A DNA stretch of 64,000 bases from Octopus sinensis. Taxonomy: Eukaryota. A program made the position numbers and the translations under genes. The stretch covers positions 106,206,001-106,270,000 of the forward strand of contig NC_043000.1 of assembly GCF_006345805.1 (NCBI RefSeq), in the 5' to 3' direction. Positions 13,897 to 26,250 of this stretch are shown piece after piece; position 1 is the stretch's first letter, and every line of letters begins with the position of its first letter. Below the pieces are notes generated by a model that did no database searches, was not told the origin of the DNA, and saw only the letters and a list, made by a program, of their open reading frames with translations.

Positions 13897-14039
13897 GATA
13901 GATAGATAGACAGACAGACACAGGGAGAGGGGTAGAAACCGGGGAGTAATTGGAGAAGTGTGGATATATTCTGGTGCTGATGGAAGAAACTGTTGTAACA
14001 GCTACCGAACATTATCTAACTTGTTGGATGCCAGAAACT

Positions 14040-14320
14040 TGAGTACTTCAGAGTAAAATCGGGTGTTGGGCAAGGCTGTATGTTGACTCCTGTACCATTT
14101 AATATCTGCCTCTCTCTTGTCTGTAACAGTTCTGTCACCTAGGAGGATAATGGGAATATTTTCAACATCAGAAAGATGCAAAGCAGACCACCATCGAGAA
14201 GCATCTAAATAGACCAATGGCCCAGGGGGATAACGGGAGTGTTTTCAACATCAGAAAGATGCAGAACAGACCACCATCAAGAAGCATCTAAATAGATCAA
14301 TGACATATTGTATGATGAAA
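14040..14320 (+). mobile_element. RTE-type LINE RT fragment with an 83-bp tandem duplication
   Basis: SGVGQGCMLTP, DNGNIFNIRKMQ, NDILYDE (decayed GVRQG...LLYADD); ggataa...caatg repeated at 14145 and 14228. Confidence 0.6.
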
Positions 14321-14604
14321 ACTGGTTTAGTAGTACGCGTTATGTATGGGAGACCATACAGATTATGATTTCGGCAGCCGTTACATCTTTTAAAAGAATG
14401 GGCATTTCAGTTAACTAAAACAGCAACAAAAAAAAAGGTTAATTGCCATTGGCACACTACATCTTCCTGCTTCCTCCCGACTTTCTCGGTATAATAGCGA
14501 CGAGTAGCCTTAATCTTCAGATACCTGAAAAAGTAAAGACGAGATTTTAACTGCTTCACTCAAGACTATTGCCTTTTAAGAGCTCAGAATGTCTTTCTCA
14601 TCAT

Positions 14605-14754
14605 ACAAAGTCCGGGCAAGGTTGTTTATGGAAGACCAGCAGTCGCCCATGCATACCGGCCTCCCGTCTCCACGCCACCGGTGTTCTCCAAGGGAAAGGG
14701 GCAAAGGCCGATACAGCTTGGCACCTGTGACGTCGCAACTCATTTCTACAGCTA
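14605..14754 (-). mobile_element. SINE family C, 3' portion
   Basis: Closely matches 15478-15621. Confidence 0.8.
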
Positions 14755-15110
14755 GAGAAGACAACAAAACTGAGAATGGTTTTAACATCCAGTGGTTCTG
14801 AAAATCCTTTTGTTACGTGGCAGGATTCGATCACATATACAAATTGACCGAACCAACATAAGCAGCATTGAATCCGTACTATACAGGCATACATTGAGAT
14901 TGCTTGAACATGTAGTGCGTATGGCTGAGTCATGTCTTCCCTGTTGGATCCTCTATGGCTAGCTGCCTCATGGTCAGCGTTTAACTCAGTGGTTCTCAAC
15001 CATTTTTACCTGTGAACTCTTGAATTTTATTTTACTCTACCGGATCCCCATAATCATACGATATTTTAAAGAATCCTATTATATTATTAAATATATATTT
15101 TATAAGGTAA

Positions 15111-15398
15111 GCGCGGGCGTAGCTGAGTGGTAAAAAGTTTGCTTCCCAACCACATGGTTCTGAGTGCAGGCCCACTACGTGACACCTTGGGCTGAGTGTC
15201 TTTTACTATAGCCTCTGGATTTGGTTGACGAAGACTGAAAAGAAGCCCGACGTATGTGTGTGTGTATTTGCGTCTGTATTTGTCCCCCACCACCGCTTGA
15301 CAACCGGCGTTGTGTTTACATCCTTCGTAACTTAGCAGTTCGGCAAAAGAGATCGATAGCTGCAGCATGGCCGCAGTCTAATGACTGAAACAAGTAAA
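15111..15398 (+). mobile_element. SINE family A (older, internally shortened)
   Basis: Head agctgagtggtaa...ggttctgagtgcagg and tail gactgaaacaagtaaaag. Confidence 0.85.
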
Positions 15399-15404
15399 AG
15401 CTAG

Positions 15405-15752
15405 AAGATTCTCTGAGACCCCCTACAGTCATGACTGACCATGGGATTGCACCTAGGAAGTTACCCTCCCAGGCTCAAGTCCGGGCAAGGTCGTTTATGG
15501 AAGACCAGTAGTCGCCCATGCATGCCGGCCTCCCCTCTACACGCCACCGGTGTTATCCAAGGGAAAGGGGCAAAGGCCGATACAGCTTGGCACCTGAGAC
15601 GTCGCAACTCATTTCTACAGCTGAGTGAACTGGAGCAACGTGAAATAAAGTGTATTGCTCAAGAACACAACACGCAGCCCGGTCCGGGATTTGAGCTTAC
15701 AACCTCACGATCGTAAAATCGACACTCTAACCACTGAGCCTTGCACCTTCAC
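15405..15752 (-). mobile_element. tRNA-derived SINE family C with CORE-like segment
   Basis: Minus strand ggctcagtggttagag (A box), tRNA-like head, tgtgttcttgagcaatacact...gctccagttcactcagctg. Confidence 0.8.
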
Positions 15753-16499
15753 GATAGATTATTCACTGTTATTAGGAATTGTGTAGAAAATTGTTAAAAT
15801 AGTTTGTGTATATTGTAGACGTATAACCAATTTATTGCACATAAATTTTAACATGATCTTATATGCCCCGCCTCCAAGGGTCATGTGGACGCCGGTTGAG
15901 AACAACAGGTCTAACAGGAGTGGTTTAAAGATCATCTGATAACTACTTTAAAGGAACAGTATTAGCCCTTCATGAATGGAAGACAGCATTTTCAAGTGTT
16001 TGGTATTGACTAGCTTTCTCGCCGATGAAGTGTGATTGAATCTGTGGAAAAAAAAAAACGCCTTCCGCATGGCCAAGTGAAGCGAGAAAAGACATCTACA
16101 TTGAGTTACATTTGACCTCCCCAACCAAATATTTTCACGTTCCGTCTGCGCTCGAAGCTGTAGAATCGAAGTTGCAGATCAAAAATTTGGAAATAATAAG
16201 GATATATAAATAAAGTTGCGTCATCGTTGGATTCGTTGCGCAATCATAAGTGTGTGTGTATGTGTGAAACTGGAGACGAGCGAAATTGTGAATAAAAATG
16301 ATGAAATGGGGTGGGGAATTAACCGAGAAATAAAGAGAAGCCTGACTGGGTGCGTACAAAGAGAAGGTTAGAAACGCACAAAACAAATTAGAAAGGTATG
16401 GATGTAGATGTTGAAAGAGGAAACTAGTGTTATCTACATAATTATTACTTCCTTCACAAGATCAATTACAATCATCACCGTTATCATCATCATTGCCGT

Positions 16500-16810
16500 C
16501 AGAACCGTCAGCAGTAGCAAGTGATGCTCTACGTAATCGCTCAATCTGCGAAAAATAGCAGCCAAATTTCTCTAAATCACACCCTAACTTCTTTTTTCAA
16601 AAACAGAAAAGACAATGTTAGCTAAGATTGACCGAGGTATACATACAAATGTTCTGTTCGATCAAGTCTAACTTGGAGCTTAGATGACGACAACGACAAC
16701 AACATTATCATTACTCGGCTCCATCAAAAGCAAGAAGCCAAGAAGGAAACTTCTACGTCGTCGCTCAAAGTGCTAGAAATTGCAACAAAACCTCCCTCAA
16801 ATCATGCCTC
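16500..16810. repeat. Old dispersed repeat family (ctgctagaaatagcagccaaatc...); other copies ~12190-12300, 17490-17650, 36860-37040, 58160-58240, 60760-60960, 62850-63000
   Basis: Recurrent decayed motifs gctagaaatagcagccaaatctccctcaaatcac and gatcagagct...aaacaacaac. Confidence 0.6.
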
Positions 16811-16826
16811 CCTTTCTTAATTTTCT

Positions 16827-17450
16827 ATATCTATAAACGGCAAAATGTCTGTGTATCTGTGTGTCCTTTATACAAATCCACAGTTTTTCACGTAAAAGGC
16901 TCGCATTTTCTATGGGCTTTCAAAACTGTCTGAGAGCGGCCGTGAAGATCTTTTCATTTCCCAAGTCACCCCAGAAAGCCATAAAAAAAAATCAATAAAC
17001 CAACCCCTTATGCCCATAAGTTATGGGCATATCCAATCAAAATCGCTAAAATATAGAATTTGTACGCGGTGCGTGCGTACAGCTAGATACGCCAATAGAC
17101 TGCCAGCTGTTTTTTGATTGGACGGAGATAATTTTACCCTTGACAATTGAATGTGCGTGCGCATTTGCAGACAGTCTGTATGACTCAGCTCATTTTTGTA
17201 TTTTGCGAAGACACGTTATCATGTGTTTTGGCTTTCAACCTTGCACGCTTTTTTGATTTGAGAAACGCAGGGAATAATTAACGAGTTAGACCATATGAAT
17301 GACAAGAGAGCGAGATTTTCATGAAAGACCAAATATGCTTGACTAGCACTAGTGCTAGTACTAGATAATGTAGTCCAATATACCGCTAAAAAGACTCTAT
17401 AATCAAAACTAGAAAGTCTTTGGTCATAGATTCGCTCGATTAGCGTTAAC
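16827..17450 (+). mobile_element. Helitron 5' portion
   Basis: Starts TCTATATCTATAAACGGCAAAATGTCTGTG, resembling the 5' TC end of the Helitron at 42372. Confidence 0.55.
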
Positions 17451-17799
17451 ATGGGAATAAACAACAACAAACCAATGAATGCACCATTAAACTCTCGCTC
17501 GACCTGCTAGAAACAGTAGCCAAATCTCATTAATTAATTAATTAATACATTGGACAATGTAATCCTTAATGTATCGAAAGAAACAGGATGGTCATGACTT
17601 GAACATCTTTGCTCACGGGCTTGCTTGATCAGAGCTAAACAACATCGTTAACAACGTGAGCCAGTCAAGGGTCCTGTACATGGCCACTTGATCTCTTGAA
17701 ATAACATTCAAATACCTCACAAATAACATCGCCACCAATGGACGAAACATGTAAAACAAAGGGTTGGTATAGTTCTATATTTAAGATATGAGGAATTAT

Positions 17800-17965
17800 G
17801 CACATTATTTACATTATTTACAATTGACGGATATTTGTCCTCATCTTGTTTGATGTTAGGAGTGAGAAACCAGGTTCGAAATTTCCCCAAGACATCTGAT
17901 GAAGGTTGGAGGGTATATCAACCGAAACGTTGTGTCAACAACAAACAAGATGAGGACAAATATCT
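17800..17965 (+). mobile_element. 5'-truncated hammerhead-bearing PLE-like tail preceded by an inverted copy of its own 3' end
   Basis: 17856-17965 matches 39501-39610; 17800-17858 is the reverse complement of the tail end (caaacaagatgagg...aaataatgt). Confidence 0.8.
17891..17936 (+). ncRNA. Minimal type I hammerhead ribozyme (palindromic stem III, GUU site)
   Basis: GACAU-CUGAUGA-A-GGUUG(gagggtatat)CAACC-GAAAC-GUU-GUGUC. Confidence 0.75.
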
Positions 17966-18539
17966 CGAAAAAACATGCATTTTTCTTGAAGGATCTAAGC
18001 GAGCAACTCGAAAAACACTGCTAGTGAAGATAAAGGGGAAAACTTGGTGTGCAATATCTGCGTATGCTTATTAAAAGCTGGGCTCATTAGTCACCTACGG
18101 AGCCACAAATGTAAAGTATAAATTTTCCTGGGTGCACAATTTTCTTAATTGCTTGTGATGGTCTTCTTCGGTCATGAGTGGACAACGATCATATACATGA
18201 ATGCATGTATGCACTATGTCTGAATGTATATATGTATGCATGCATGTATTAGCTCGATTAGCAATAGAATAGTGCTATTTTCCTTTTATTCTCCATATTT
18301 AAAAAAAAATATGTATAATACAAAAATTAAATAACCACGTCATTATATCATAAAATAAATTACAAATAAAATATCATTCAGCGGTCTTCTCTTGCCTCTT
18401 GATGCGATATATCGTCTGCTCCTCTACTTCATTTTGTCACATGATAAAAATGATGACACTTTGGTGTCACATCCCTCCAGTGTCTCTCATTTTGGCTACC
18501 TTTTTTTTTTTTTTCGGGATAGACACTTATTAATTTTGG

Positions 18540-19572
18540 TTACTTTTTTCAGAAGAAACATTTATTAATTTCAAAGCAGTACACACAACGCTAATCTCTT
18601 TCAAAATAGGATCCTATGACTTCAATGCACTTGAAGCGCTCTAGCCACTTCGTTAGGACCCCATGGAAGTTCTCCAAAGTGAAGGTGTCCAGGGCACTTG
18701 TCACAGCCTTCTTCGTTTCCTTCAGCTTGGGGAACAACCAAAGTGATAGGGAGCAAGGTTTGGTGCCCATCTCTGTCAAACAGTTGGTCATCAGAATGGA
18801 AATGTGGACTGCCGCATTGTCCTGGTGCTAGTGCTCAGGCCGTTTGCGACGAAATATCTGCCTGAACACCCTTAAAACCTCCACTAAGTACTCTTCGTTG
18901 ATCATCTGGCTACAGAGAATTCAGTGGATGTCGATGATGTCCTCACTGTTAAAAAAGGGAATTATCATGAGCTTCTCGGTCGACTTGCTTTGCTTGACCT
19001 CTTGTGTTAGCGATAAACGGATGCTCGGCTCATACAAGTTAATCCATAAGCAGAATGGAGCATTTCATAAGTTTCTTATTTCTTTATTGCCCACAAGGGG
19101 CTAAACAAAGAGGGGACAAACAAGGACAAACAAAGAGATTAAGTCGATTAAATCGACACCAGTGCGTAACTGGTGCTTAATTTATCGACCCGGAAAGGAT
19201 GAAAGGCAAAGTCGACCTCGGCGGAATTTGAACTCAGAACGTAACGGCAGACGAAGTACTGCTAAGCATTTCGCCCGGCGTGCTAACGTTACAGCCAGCT
19301 CGCCGCATTTCATAAGTTTCTGTAGTGTTTTTACGCAGTTTAACACAAAATTTTATTCCAGGGCGAGCTTCCAAATTGTCTTCACTTCCCGACTGCATTC
19401 TGCAACCTAGTCAGCTTTGATGTGTTCAAAGTGCAGTTGCAGCCATCTCCTTCAATCTGGAATGACACAAGTTGGCAGGTCAGTTTACTAGATGAATAGT
19501 AATGATATACTGAAATTACAATAATATAGGACTCTTCTAAAAATGTCTCAAAACTTCTGGACGGCATTCATA
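18540..19572 (-). mobile_element. Internally deleted mariner (irritans-like), interrupted by a SINE
   Basis: Minus strand IKFCVKLRKNTTETYEMLHSAYG...MSRASVYR, HQDNAAVH, LWLFPKLKE; 5' end tatgaatgccgtccagaag. Confidence 0.8.
19077..19304 (-). mobile_element. Full-length SINE family B with 17-bp TSD
   Basis: gcatttcataagtttct at 19060-19076 and 19305-19321; B-box-like gttctgagttcaaattcc. Confidence 0.92.
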
Positions 19573-20139
19573 TGTGTGTGCGTATGTATGTTTACTGTCT
19601 ATATTTGTGTGTGTATGTGAGTGTTTGTGCATGTGAGTATGTGCTTGCATGTGTGTGTGTGTGTGTGTGGTGTGTGTGTGTGTGTGTGATACACAACACA
19701 AATTCTATCTCTTATTCAGAGATGAAGGAGCTATGTCTGCTTTTAAACTGATAAAGTGCGTAAAATATAACTTTTTATTCCTTGGGAGAGATGTTAATTT
19801 AGAATTTACCTCTCCTCACGACATATGCACTCGTCTTATTTCACGATTTCTTTGCCAACACAGTCCAACAGTAACTTCTTAGCATTTTCGTACTTTTCTG
19901 TGCTAATCTAACGGTAAATTATACATTTATTAATTGTCATACGATCATGTTAGGCTTGGTAGTTGGTTGTGTGCTGAGAGTTTATTTGGAAAATTAATAA
20001 ATGGAATTTGGCTCACATGATAGTTGTTGAATGTATAAAAACATCGTCTAAGTTAAGATCTACATAAAGAATTCTATGCCACTTCAGTATGTGAAAGCAT
20101 ATTTATTTATTTATTTTGAAAGTCTGAAGGAAGGGGAAG

Positions 20140-21060
20140 GGCTCATAATATCGTAAAAACTGCTCCGTTAAAACTGTGGCAAGTCAATAACTGCAGGAAA
20201 AAGTGCAGGGATAGAATTTCTGAGGTGTAACTTACCTAAGATGAAAGACTGGGCGTAGTGCGGGGTTTAAGGTGTTAGACATAACGTGGATAATACGATA
20301 AGGAGAAAGAAATGAGACGAGAGAGACTGGGTGGAGGTCGCATAAGTCCAGTCAACACTGAGGAACAGGGGTCATTGGCGTTGCAATTGAAACGGTGGAG
20401 AGAGGAGACTGCACATTTGTGAATGACTTGATGACAAATCAATCGAGTGACCGCTCTAGATATGTCCTACGATGTCTGAGTACCGAACGAGATGGGGAAA
20501 CTATATCCCCATTGTGAAATTCTCTGGAGTTTTGCAGAGGAACGGAAATTGTTGGTTATTTTCTGGCTCTGAAGAGAAGGGTAACTCCTTGAGAAGCAAT
20601 CTCAGCTATGTTAAATACGTGTGTTTACTCTGAAAAATCTTCTATAAGAAATTAATCCTAGCAGTTGGAGAGATTGTGAGGGTTGTTAGAACTAACTGCT
20701 CGTATTTAATGAAAGGATAGATACAATGATGTTTTCTTGGTATGAACAGTTTTTACAAAGGGGACAAGATTGGCGTAGTAGCAGCAGAAGATGCTTTCAA
20801 GTTCTTTGTCAGTGCATATTTAACGTGAGATGTTCAAGTTTTATATGGCTGGCACTTGAATGCAGAAGGTTCAGGAAGACTGAAGGACGGTATCACCTTT
20901 GTAAGTGTCGTTATTGTCGTTGGAGGTGACAAGTAGATCTTTGATGTATAAGATGTGTGTAGGGACAGAACTGAGTTCTGCAGGACTCCAGAGGTGATTG
21001 AGTGCTGATATGGAAATGCTCTACCAGCACATTCTTCGACTGTGCAATCTAACGGGAAGC
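20140..21060 (-). mobile_element. Jockey/CR1-type LINE RT 3' fragment, heavily decayed
   Basis: Minus strand WISSF...ITSGVLQNSVLS...YIKDLL...YKGD (GVPQGSVL/YADD remnants). Confidence 0.6.
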
Positions 21061-21155
21061 TACTGATCCAAGAAAGGAGATGAATCCCAGAGAGATTCAC
21101 ATACCGACATAGTCGAAAGGGACATTGGAGAATAGAATTTAATTTCTCCCTCCCT

Positions 21156-21199
<44 letters not shown>

Positions 21200-21634
21200 T
21201 TCTACATACCGACATAGTCGAAAGGGACATTGGAGAATAAAATTTAATTTCACTCCCCCCCTCTCTCTCTCTCTTTCTTATATCACAACGCAATGCCAAA
21301 ATAAACATGCAAACATTAAAAAGATTAATTCGTGACTACTAAGATGATACCCTAACAGTAAAAAAAAAATGATTACAAAACAAATTAACACGTGACTCCT
21401 GATGCGGAAGCTTAACGGTAAAAAAAAAAGACCTTTAACGAAAAATTTGACCTATATAGGAAGCCAAATCTACTTCAAATCTACTTCAATTCTTGAAAAT
21501 GAGACTGTGATGACCTGGAAACGTCGAATATGGATTCGGAAATTTATTGCTTCTAACTATCTGCAAGAAATTAAAACGAAAATAAGAAATGTCTAAAATA
21601 AAATAGATAAAAGAGAAACACAGTCACGTCTTTA

Positions 21635-21688
<54 letters not shown>

Positions 21689-22093
21689 TGTGTGTGCGCG
21701 TGTTCCTATATGCCTGCAATCATGAATATTCATTTACCCCTGTAACTTCATTTGTCTACAACTAAGCATTACAAGATATCTGTCGTCTTCTACATTATTT
21801 TGATATCTCGTCATTTTATATAATTTTCTCGCATTACTTTTAATCACAGCGATTCAAAACCCACATTATTCAATGCATATAACAAAAATACTTTTCGTGC
21901 AGAGTGTTTATCAAAGGGATCCAAAAATGATCAATAGATTAAGAGTTAAAGCTATGATATAATAATATATGACGCTGGTTAAAGCGGACATTCGAAGTCA
22001 CATATATTAAAACTCACACACACACACACACACCCTCTCTCTTTCTCTCTTAAATATATACATGTGCGTATGTGTGAGCGAGTGAATGATTGA

Positions 22094-22133
<40 letters not shown>

Positions 22134-22469
22134 TTTCTTTGGTATTTATCTTTAACGTTTTTTCCCTTGCAGATTTCAAGCCGGTCACAAACAAAATAGC
22201 AAGACTCTTTTACGTCATGGCAGTTCTTGGAGCTTGTGCTTATCTGAATCGGTTAATGTATGTATATAAGTGTGAGTGTTGTGTGCATGTACGTACATTT
22301 GAATAAACTTGCGCCCTGTGTATGTGTGCGTGTGTGAGTGTGCGTGCATATCACAACAGAACACAAACGTATGATACCTAACTTTTTATGTGTGTGCTTG
22401 TATTCTATTTTTATATATGGTTATGTGTATATGTTGACTCAGGTACCTGAAATGGAGAATCCATGGTTT

Positions 22470-22960
22470 GTTTTACAAATTTTCACTGATCGATTGCATC
22501 TGGAGAATGCTAGAATCAGTTTGCTCAATTTTTTTTTGAAGAACCCATGCATTTCTAGGTTTCAATGCAGTCAGTTGTTACGTAACCCAGTGCACCTATG
22601 ATACCAGGGACAAATGATAATCTATAGCCAGGATATAATAGCTGTGACTTTCTTATCAGTTCTCCAGTGATGCTTTTTTCCCCAATTTTTGAATAGACAT
22701 TCTCATCCCTTGGGCAGTTAATCTCTACAGTGATGCATGACTTTTTCTTCCTGTCCCATACAACCATATCGAGCCCGTTGTGCTTACACCGGGTTGCTGT
22801 TTACATTGGAATGCTCCCATCAATAATCTTTAATTTTGAAGATGTAGATACTCCCTGGTTCTTGTGTACCTTTGGTCTCACCGTCAGGACAATCTTTCTT
22901 GCGTATAGTATTGTGTGTAAATCGTCTCGGCGGCCATGTTATGTCTCGTAGGGAGGTAAT
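22470..22960 (-). mobile_element. RLE-bearing non-LTR retrotransposon 3' fragment
   Basis: TRCKHNGLDMVVWDRKKKSCITVEINCPRDEN...IIGALG, a decayed PD-(D/E)xK RLE. Confidence 0.75.
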
Positions 22961-23589
22961 ATCTTGTGGTTCCGAGGTAAACTTCTTAACTGCTCCGCTA
23001 CGTGACTGATATATGTTTTTTAAAGAAAGACGAAGTAATTTGAACTCAGACACGCAAGGGACCAATGAAGAACTGCAAAGCATCAAAGCTGTTTCTAAGC
23101 CGATTACATCCGCTAAATAGGGAATCAAACTACACACACATAAATACACATATACATACACACACACATGCACAAACACACACACGCACACGCTCACAAA
23201 CACAAACACACGCACATACACCAACAGGCTATTAAACTCCGCCCATGGAAAATATACGTAGTGCTTCTGTCCACCAATCAGCATTTCTTTCTGGGCAATT
23301 AAACATTTGCTGAACAGAATACTAATTTGGCACTAACCCATGATTGCGCTTGTTATGTCAAGGCGGCTTACACTCTAATTACATTCACACTAGTCTGCTT
23401 TGATTCGGAATATGGTTACTACCACGCTTCCATAATTCCTCATTGCGTTACCTAATAAACGTATCTGCCCACTCCCTCATCATAAACCAAAATAAAATTT
23501 AACAGAATGCATCACATTACCGTTCTCTTGAGTTGCGAGTTCAAATCCATAAGTAGTACGTGAAGAGACTTAGTTATTGTAGGTTGTCC

Positions 23590-23985
23590 TTTGTCTTACC
23601 TTTTACTTGTTTCCATCTTTTGACTGTGGCCTTGCTGGAGTACCACCTTGAAGGGTTGAGTCAAGCAAATAATTCTTTTTAAAGTCCGTTACTTATTCTA
23701 TTAGTTCTTTTTCACCGAACTGCTAAGTCACGGGAGTGTAAACAAACCAGCACTGGTTGTCAAGCACTGGTGGGGGACAAACAATACAAAAAGAAAGACT
23801 CAGACATAGATAGAAGGAGGGAGAGAGAGATACGATATGCATCCTCGCAGTTATCGTCAAATAAGTTCATACAGAAGACATTGGTTGGCCCGAAGCTTTT
23901 ATTGAAAATACTTGCCCAAGGTGCTGTTCAGTGGAACTGAACCCAAAACCTCGTGGTTTCGACGAGAGTTTCTAGATCACACTGC
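23590..23985 (-). mobile_element. SINE family A (diverged)
   Basis: Head, body and tail homologous to 7481-7899. Confidence 0.8.
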
Positions 23986-24339
23986 AGTACCTTTTCCTGA
24001 TAAATTAATAAATATGAGACCTTTATGAAAGCGCTACATCGATACATTAATGTTCTATCAGAGGTGGAAGTACATTCGTCCCTTATCTAACGCTTTAATG
24101 TTGCTGAAGTTAGGACTCGAACTACCAACCCTCTTACACTCTTGCGGTTCTTGGAAAGAACAACATTTTAATTAGTTTCTTTTCGTTACAGTATTTTTCA
24201 TTCTCATCCACGTAAAGTAATTTTTTAAGGTGGCGGTGGTGGTGGTAATGATGATGATCTTTTCTACTATAGACACAACGCCTTGAAATTTTGGGAAGTG
24301 AGTACTTGGTTCATCTACTAGTACTTATTTTATCAAGCT

Positions 24340-24445
24340 CCCAAAGGATGAAGAGCAAAGTCGACCTCAGCGGAATTTGAACTCTGAACGTAAAGCCAGA
24401 AGAACGTTCTGAGTTCAAATTCCGCCGAGGTCGACTTTGCTTTAA
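24340..24445. mobile_element. Inverted pair of SINE family B head fragments
   Basis: 37-bp arms 24355-24391 and 24404-24440 with 2 mismatches. Confidence 0.8.
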
Positions 24446-24451
24446 CCTGAA

Positions 24452-24509
<58 letters not shown>

Positions 24510-24524
24510 TAATAATAATAATAG

Positions 24525-24600
24525 AAAAATATGGTATAGGCACACGCCAGAAAAGGTCACAGAAAATGAGAAAGTAACCATACTATGGGATATGCCAAAG
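24525..24600 (+). mobile_element. R4/Dong RLE micro-fragment directly after (AAT)n
   Basis: WYRHTPEKVTENEKVTILWDMP, following (AAT)n at 24450-24523. Confidence 0.75.
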
Positions 24601-24930
24601 AGGTCATCGAACAAATCTGGCATGTAAGCGTAAACCTTGTAGGGCAGACCATCCAAACCTGGCGATTTCGTGCAGCTAGCCATTGTTTCCCGTATTTCAA
24701 AGGCCGTTATCGGCCTTTCGCAGTGCTCCACCTCCGTCTCCGAGAACCACGGCAGTCCGTCGAAGAAGGACGTGAAATCCGTCCTGCGACCCGGCTCACC
24801 GCTACTCCCGAACAGTTGAGCGTAACTCCGCTGAAATTCCGCACACATCTGTCCCGGATCAATTGTCATTTTCCCGTCGTGGTCCAGCAAGGATCGGATC
24901 GTAGATTTCTTTCCACGCCGTGCCTCTGCC
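24600..24930 (-). mobile_element. Tx1/L1 ORF2 fragment (pre-RT region)
   Basis: PITAFEIRETMASCTKSPGLDGLPY (KSPGxDG motif). Confidence 0.8.
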
Positions 24931-24945
24931 ACTCGGCCCCATTGA

Positions 24946-25900
24946 ATGGCTAACATGCGCCGTATAATCAGCAGTTGGATACGTTCTTGTTTACAATATC
25001 AACGCACCGAGGTTCATCGACATGTTCGTGCTCCTCTTGTAAAATTCAGCCCACCGGACGCTCGTTTCTGTCATGTCCACATCGCCATTGTTGGACCCTG
25101 GCCTGTTAGTCGCGGATTCACGTGCATCTTAACTTGCATCGATCGTTTCTCTTGATGGCCTGAAGCCATACCTAATTGACATAACAACCAAATCCGTCGC
25201 AAGGGACGCCATTTCGAAGCTTCGTTATTCCGTGAAATATCACAATTCTCGGGTACTCATCGGATTCATACGACGAGTTATTACCCAGCTTACAGTGGGA
25301 TGATAGAACAATTCCACAGGCAGTTAAAAGCTGCACTACGTGCTACTCCTGAACTGCAACGTTGGATCGAATTCCTAAGTTTTGTTCTTGGATGCCGTTC
25401 TGCTGTTAAGACAGATTTAGGTTTCTCCTCAGCCGAACTGCTTTACGGCATCCCCTTGTCACTTCCCGGTCAAATGTCCACACCAGTTGATTCATCAGAT
25501 TCTGATAAGACACCATACATCAACAGATTTCGTTCTTACTTCTCCAGTCTTCCACCAATGTCTCCACAGGACCAATCATTTCTTCTGCTCTTCCATCAGA
25601 CATCTCTGAGTGGATACATGTTTTTATTCGGAACGATTCAGTTAAAGGACTCCTTGCATCACCTTATTCTGGACCTTACCGTGTACTGTCGCACTCACAC
25701 AAGATCTTCATAGTCGACGTTAATGGTCGAAGAGAAAAAATATCCATCGACAGGATAAAAAAAGCTTTCGTAGAAAACCTCATTCCAGAACCTGACATAC
25801 CACGTACACTCACTCCTACACCAACACCATCACATGCATCGCAAACACAACATACCTCTAAACCTTACATCACAAGAAGTGGAAGAACAGTACATTGACC
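24946..25900 (+). mobile_element. Gypsy LTR-retrotransposon integrase remnant
   Basis: RFCHVHIAIVGPWP...LTCIDRFS, EQFHRQLKAAL, SSAELLYG..L.LPGQ, PYSGPYRVL, SIDRIKKAF. Confidence 0.9.
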
Positions 25901-26250
25901 ACAAAAATTATCTAGAACTATGTACATTCAACTTTGTATTACAACACAAACTGTTCGTTGTTTCTTTTTCAAAGAATGTTATTTGCAAACATTGTTCCTA
26001 TGCATGTTTTCATATCATATTTTCATTTTCCATGTTTTGCATTCAGTTTGATGTGCATAGCTGTGTAGACAAAGGTTTACTGCGCCTAACTCTGCAATTA
26101 TGTTCAGTATCTATCATGATGCATGTATTGCTTTTTCTATTTTATTACCTGTTTGCAAGCGCATGTTTCTGCTACCTCCTTTTGTTTCGTATCTGCCCTG
26201 GGTTGCTACAATGATTCTGCTTATCGACTGTCCGTCTAAGAGGAGAGTGA

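Larger units (their letters stand above)
14987..15908. mobile_element. hAT (Charlie-like) non-autonomous element hosting two SINEs
   Basis: TIRs cagtggttctcaacc / ggttgagaacaacag; 8-bp flanks gtttaact / gtctaaca (6/8 match, TSD-like). Confidence 0.7.

Noticed and set aside
21099-21277. 105-bp tandem duplication (also a 23-bp duplication at 54427-54472)
   Set aside because: Ordinary local slippage duplications next to simple repeats
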